From NCBI GenBank assembly GCA_051294905.1, contig CM119372.1, positions 29,698,001 through 29,762,000 on the forward strand: 64,000 nt of DNA, in the 5' to 3' direction. Within the stretch, counting starts at the first letter, position 1, and each line of letters opens with the position of its first letter. The translations under genes were made by a program, and so were the position numbers. This DNA comes from Botryllus schlosseri (lineage: Eukaryota). Positions 46,991-64,000 of this stretch are shown piece by piece. The notes beneath the pieces are model-generated. The model was not told the origin of the DNA, searched no databases, and saw nothing but the letters and a program-made list of their open reading frames with translations.

Positions 46991-48069
46991 TAGGGTTACC
47001 ATATTTTTGTGACGCAAATTCCGGACACTTTTTAGCGCCCACTAGCGGATTTTAAAATGGGGTATAACATTGTCTGTCAATATGACGCCATACTAGCAAA
47101 GCATTGCCCAGAATGTAGTGCAACATAGGTCATGAATCGGGCCATCTGTAATGTGAGCTCTGGTGATTGCTACTTGCTTGAGTCTGCAATAGATTTCTTC
47201 ATGGGCCGGATGAAATCGTCTGGCAGGCCGTGTCTGGCTGCTGTCGGCATTGTGTTTGACAGCACTGGTGTATACTGTTAATTCGGTGCGGCTATCTGGT
47301 TGTGTGTTTTAATGAGGTCCGAAAAAACATTTTTCAGCCCCCTGGCCGCCCAAAAAAGTACTGATCTTGGGCTCATCATAGGGTAATCGATGTAACTTCT
47401 TGGGCACTTACTATATGCATCTGGTTGTTAAATTTTACGAATGAACTGTGTCAATAATATTGCTTCTTCCATATATTAGGCTACTAATGCACCAGCAGTT
47501 GCACATCCCGAGATTTCCAACGTTTTGCAGTCACGACTTGAAAATGTTCCGTGGCCAAGCTCAAAACTTGATAAGCTTAGTAAAAAATTTCAGCTTGCCA
47601 AAACTTACTCACGGCCTAGGGAGCTGATTACGTCCAACATCATCGCGATCCCCAGATAAAGGCGGACGACCCCAAGATTTGGAACCACTGTCTGTAACTG
47701 AAGCATCCAACCGGCTTTAGTCAACTCTAGGAATATACCGTTAGCGTATAATTGCGATGACAATTAGAGTTATTTCAGTTATTTATATTTATTTTTGATT
47801 GCAATTTTTACGAGGGCGGTGGCTGGCGCCTATACTAATATCTATATATACGTTACATTAACTCCCACGCAACGCGAAGAAAAGTTCCGAACAGCATAAA
47901 TCTGCTTGAAAATAATATACTGTAAGTTAATTTACGAAAAATGTTCGAGTCAACTCCAAAACTTCAAAATTCCGGACATTTAGGCATATCATAGAATTTC
48001 CTCCCGGACGCAGTTTTTTCAGTGAAATTCCGGACATGTCCGGGAAATTCCGGACGTATGGCAACCCTA
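46991..48069. mobile_element. hAT MITE (TAGGGTTACCATA...TATGGCAACCCTA), nested
   Basis: TIRs with repeated ttccggac subterminal motifs; TSD actaagat/acttagat. Confidence 0.85.
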
Positions 48070-48379
48070 ACTTAGATGCAATATAGGTTGCCCGGTTTCG
48101 CCCTCAATTAGGCTACCCTAAATCAGCACAATTTAATTCAATTCCAAAACTGATCAAATTTAGCAGGGCAGTACAGAACGACACCGTGCTCTCTGTAGTC
48201 ACTACCAGCATTAGGATTAGTCTCAGTGCCACCTACCTTGAAATTAATTGATGTCCTGTTCAATGTTTTTTGCCATTTTCAAACAAGTGTGGGGAAATTT
48301 GTCAGAAATGTTAAAGACTCAACAACTGGAATGCGGATTCAAACTTGGCGTAAGACATACCATATCTATACTATTAGAT

Positions 48380-49182
48380 CAGGGATGAGCAACCTGCGAC
48401 CGTAGAAGGGAAATTGCAGGGCCGTCAAAACCTACTTCAATTAGCATGTGTTGGCGGCCGTCGACGTGCAAATTGAATACGAATTCACTCCCGAATTTTT
48501 GAGAGATTTTCATTAATCTTGAATTTTTCTTCGCACTCCGTGCAATTCAACATTAGCCTACTTAATCTATCGATTTTAATATAGTAGCACCCTTCTCAAT
48601 CTGAGCCGGAATCGGAATCATGTGCTCCTCACTAACAAAATTTGTTTATGGTACGTACATTTGGGCGATTTCAATATGTTTCCACAATTTCCACTACCGA
48701 TACAATCGACAATCCTGATGGGGGCTCAAGAAATAACAGCATGCAACGAAGTGACTAATAACAATTGGCCCACCCGAATATGCATTATCATTTATAACTT
48801 GCCCTAAATTTTCGAAAGCACTATCTCCATAAACTCTACCGGCGAATCTGATCACATGGGCTGAGAAAGGATAAATATTTGACAGTAATATGTGATACTG
48901 CTATACTATTAATTATGGAATTCATTCGTGAATCTGAAAAATTTCGCGACAATGTTCAGCCCCAGCAACTCTTTATAACATTGCTACTCGCGATTTCAGT
49001 GCATACGATAGGCCGTTGTGAAAATTAGAATAGTCCGGAGTTCACCGGGAATGGATATGGACAGATCAATAAAGGTATTTTGTGGCCCATTAGTTCATTA
49101 CGGCTATGCCCGGGAATGCGGCCTTAGGCTACATAAGTAGTCGAAATGCGGCCGTGATTAGCAAAAAGGTCGCCTACCTCTG
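48380..49182. mobile_element. hAT MITE (CAGGGATGAGCAACC...GGTCGCCTACCTCTG), nested
   Basis: Degenerate TIRs; TSD tattagat/tattaaat. Confidence 0.75.
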
Positions 49183-50509
49183 TATTAAATGATGTGCTCT
49201 TGATATGACGATAAGTGCATGGGGGTCAGGGGGCGCTATTTTTTCGACCATCGCCAAGGGGGGCGCGTGTCTAAAAAGGTTGAGAACCGCTGATCTAGAG
49301 ACATTAAATCGCCAAGCTCGAAGAAAATTTTCAAATCAATTAAATCTCTCGAAAATACTCTAATTCATTGAAATATTGATATATGAAATACTTTTGAGAC
49401 CACTTCGAGCTCGCTTCCCACCCTATTGGGGGTTTAGGGTGCGACAGTTACGAACCTGGCAAGAATGCAAATCGTTGCGTGGGATAAATCGTCCTCTATA
49501 AAGTTGGGAAATGGGTACATTATGATGGAACAAGCAAATGACTATCATTTATTAAGAAAATTGTGATCTCATTAAACCTTTTCATCGCAATCCGTAATTC
49601 CTCACATTGTCTTCCAATATATCGGCCAAGATTAGTTCTGAGAAGCAAAATAAATGTAATCATGAGTAATCGTGATGACTTTTCCAATGTAATCGTAATC
49701 GTAATTGACTGCTCACTGATTTTGCTGTAATTGTAATCGTAATCGCGTGATTCAGAAGTAATCGTAATCGCAATCGATTACATTCATGAAGTAATCACCA
49801 CATGTCTGTTACAGAGCACTACTTCATGCAGATACCTAGCTTCATTATACGATGAACTCAGAAATGCATACATTCTTAGCGAAAAGTGTGTGTATTTACA
49901 CCCAAACGGTCGTAAAGGGTGATACACGAAAACAGAACCTAACTCAGAATTATATCGCAGTCATAAATCCGACGTAGCCTACCTGCGTTCCTACGTGCAT
50001 GCATAATTTGGATTATAATTTTGTAGTCGATTTATATCCCGGTATAAGTCTGATGTAGGTTCAGGTTTCGTGCATCATGGGTGCATATTCACACCTGTCT
50101 ATCAGGAGTGGTACACGGGTGGAAATGCACAGGCGCCACTGATATTATTCGCTCAGCAGAACGCAATAAGAGTATTTTATTATCGAATACGACCATACCG
50201 ATACTCCGGTATATTTGGCCAACCTGCACCAAGTGTCGCCTACAGTTGGCTGCTCGACCGTAAAAATTGAAACTTAACTAGAAATAAATATGTCCTTTCA
50301 TCTGTAACGAGTTCGGCTATGCTGTCAATTAGCCAGCTCGACCTACCGTGGATACATATTCATATACATATGAAATCTTATTGTACCGATTCAGGTCGCT
50401 GTCCAGTCGATTCTCGCTAATTGGAGGCACTGGCACTGATAATGCGAATAACTGAATTGCAAAGGAGCTAATAGGCCTAAATATTTGAAACCCCTAAATT
50501 CCCCACCGG

Positions 50510-50900
50510 TCATAATGCTCAATTGTGGCATGCTAAGGTGTCACAAGATGAAGTGTCGTAATGCGCAATTGTCGCATGATTAAATGTCACATGCGGAAGT
50601 GTCGTGATGCTCAAGTGCCGCATGTCTCCATGCTTATGTGACCCTATGCTCTTGTGTAACCAATAACCATGCTCATATGTAAACATTGTCAAATGTCCCC
50701 ATGTTCATGTGTCCCCATGCTCATATGTCCCAATGCCGATATATCCCCACGCTAATGTGTCCCCATGCTGATATGGCACCATGCAGATATATCCCCACGC
50801 TAATGTGTCGTCACACTGATGTGTCCCCACGCTGATGTGTCCCATGTTGCAGTGTCGTATGCTGATCAGTCGTTTTTCATTTTGTCGCATGCTCAATTGT
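50510..50900. repeat. Degenerate catg/atgtgtcccc short-unit array; related array at ~63640-63940
   Basis: Recurrent catgctcatatgtccc and gtgtcgcatgct units at both places; probably a dispersed non-autonomous repeat family. Confidence 0.6.
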
Positions 50901-51035
50901 CGGGCAACCATGTAAATCATCAAGCCGTTTCTGTAAACCACGATCATAAGTTGAACATTCCATCATTTCCACCCTCTTGCCTGCCGAAAACGCCCGCCAG
51001 GGAGCCACACCACCTATCTTGGGAGCCACTGATCA

Positions 51036-51113
51036 AATCTTTACTAGAGCCCGACCAACTATCGAAACGCCAATAATCTTTACTAGAGCCCGACCAACTA
51101 TCGAAACGCCAAT
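51036..51113. repeat. Perfect 39-bp tandem duplication
   Basis: aatctttactagagcccgaccaactatcgaaacgccaat x2. Confidence 0.95.
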
Positions 51114-51334
51114 AAGTCGATTTCACACTTCGAATGAAATGTCGGCATCTGTTAGAGAGAGGTAAATACTGTTGGCAATTTTCGTGACACCACGATAGCA
51201 GCGAGTTGGAGTTTTAATCTGCAACTGCAACATATCGTTCTTATTGATATCGGCTGAAAAATCTGATATCGTTGGGCTCTAGTCTGAACACTGAACACCT
51301 CCAAATGAACCTCGCATGCGCAATCGATATTTAC

Positions 51335-51600
51335 CAGGATTGTAATGACCCAATTCGAGTTATTGTGCATAACTCGAGACTCAGACCGATATCATTGTAA
51401 TTTCGAAGAGTTTAACGATACTAAACTGGAAACTGAGCCGTCAGCACAATGACTTGGACTGGAGTAATAATACCATGACTCGGACTCGACCCTCCGAATT
51501 GGACTTGACTCAGAGGTGAATTGGAAATGACTCGACTTGACTCGATTCAAAGTGAGATTGACTTGTGACTAGGAGCCGTGTGACTTGGCTACAAACCCGC
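51335..51600. mobile_element. Degenerate copy of the CAGGGTTGTAA gactc-rich MITE
   Basis: Aligns with 55195-55401; termini decayed; no clean TSD. Confidence 0.65.
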
Positions 51601-51900
51601 CTGTATGTAGTCCCCAGTATCCCCGCAATCAAATTCACAGTACCAGTAGTTACAAAGAATTGTATTACGTCTCGAAAACCGATAAGCACAGAGCGAGCAC
51701 GCGGAATAATCAGGCAGGACCACACGCGGAGCCAGAGCGGCCAACCGGCAAAAACAATACCTCCGCCGGCGATCAAGAAACATGTACAAGCCCCGAGATT
51801 CCGTACGCCATCTATCGGGACACAGGGGGAGATATCGATAGTAAAAGGTCAACGCGGCACACGCGGGATCGTCCATCTACCAGCACAAGCTTCCAATACC

Positions 51901-63149
<11,249 letters not shown>

Positions 63150-64000
63150 TCAAATTGTTAAAAAGAGAACAATACAGTAGACACATTAGTGTTGAGTAGT
63201 AGTGAGGAAAGTCTACTCTCACTATTTAACATGTGTCAAGCCTCAGCTGGTTTTCGAGTGAAGATTTTACCAAGTATCAGTTTTATGAACGCAGTGTTTC
63301 AATAGGCCTAGATTTGCATAACATTCGTGATTGAGAATGTGATAACCAGGACTGGAGAGCACAAGCCAGGGTCACGACAGTTTCGAGTTTTGGTCACTTA
63401 CGAGTCGGTAGTCAGAATCAAATTTTTCAATTTGTTATTCAAGTTGGGAGTCAGTCGCAGAATTCGATTCAAAATAGCAGCAGGCAGACTTGAAGGCGTA
63501 ATGTTCGATTGGTCGTATGGTAGCAGCCATGAGTCTTAGATTCAATTTGTGAGAGTCTCGAGTCAGACTCCCATTTGGATAGCGATATCGAAGCGACGCT
63601 TGAATTGGCATTTGGAGTCGCAATGCAGTACATAAAATGAGGTAATAGCAAGCACTTACGTGATTGCCCGACATATGAGCATGCGACACAATGGAAAACG
63701 ACAGTTCAGCATGGAACACATCAGCATGCGTCACTTCAGCAAGTGACTGTATAACCCAAAAACTTACCCCAACTCGAAACATAACCCTGAAATTAACCCT
63801 TATATATATCCGAACCTAAAGCCTAACCCTAACCTACCCCTAACCCGTCATTTAACCCACATGCTCATGTGTCGCATGCCAAATTGTCACATGCCGAAGT
63901 GTCGCATGCTGTAATGTTGCATGCTCATATGTCCACAGACCCCCTTACGTATTTACAAACGAACAGAGTTGTTAATTTGGAAATTTCGTTGCGAGCCAGG

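Larger units (their letters stand above)
46176..49292. mobile_element. Charlie/hAT-type element (CAGTGGTTCTCAAC...GTTGAGAACCGCTG), nested
   Basis: TIRs; TSD atttagag/atctagag. Confidence 0.85.
44663..49808. mobile_element. hAT-type non-autonomous element (CAGACATG...CATGTCTG, gtaatc-rich subtermini), outer layer of a nest
   Basis: Perfect 8-bp TSD ttacagag at 44655-44662 and 49809-49816. Confidence 0.9.

Noticed and set aside
63780-63850. Telomere (cctaaccctaacc)
   Set aside because: Only about two units, embedded in a dispersed repeat within an intron.

Overview
Eukaryotic (metazoan, probably invertebrate; taxon cannot be fixed from sequence alone) genomic DNA in two parts. (1) 8-39010 is one ~39.0-kb element. 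It is bounded by imperfect 23-bp GG-initiated terminal inverted repeats and a matching target-site duplication (agagttg at 1-7; aagagttg at 39011-39018), as expected for a Merlin/IS1595-family DNA transposon. All its long ORFs are on the + strand and intronless, and they form a circularly permuted retrovirus-like genome: Merlin-type DDE transposase - env (SU/furin site/fusion peptide/TM) - paralogous mucin-like glycoprotein - polypurine tract - ~24.7-kb PPT-to-PBS interval carrying 15 cargo ORFs (second Merlin transposase, 3xBIR-RING IAP, E2 enzyme, LRR protein, three paralog families) - tRNA-Ile primer-binding site - gag-protease-RT-RNase H with no integrase. Joining the two ends restores retroviral gene order with the Merlin transposase in the integrase position. 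This copy has lesions (stop in env, frameshifts in IAP and RT) and MITE insertions. (2) 39011-64000 is host DNA with nested hAT-type non-autonomous elements, a ~2.6-kb foldback element, a 5'-truncated Penelope-like element, and the 3' exons of a spliced DDX5/DDX17 (p68/p72) DEAD-box helicase gene on the minus strand. Protein identifications rest on motif recognition only; no database searches were run.
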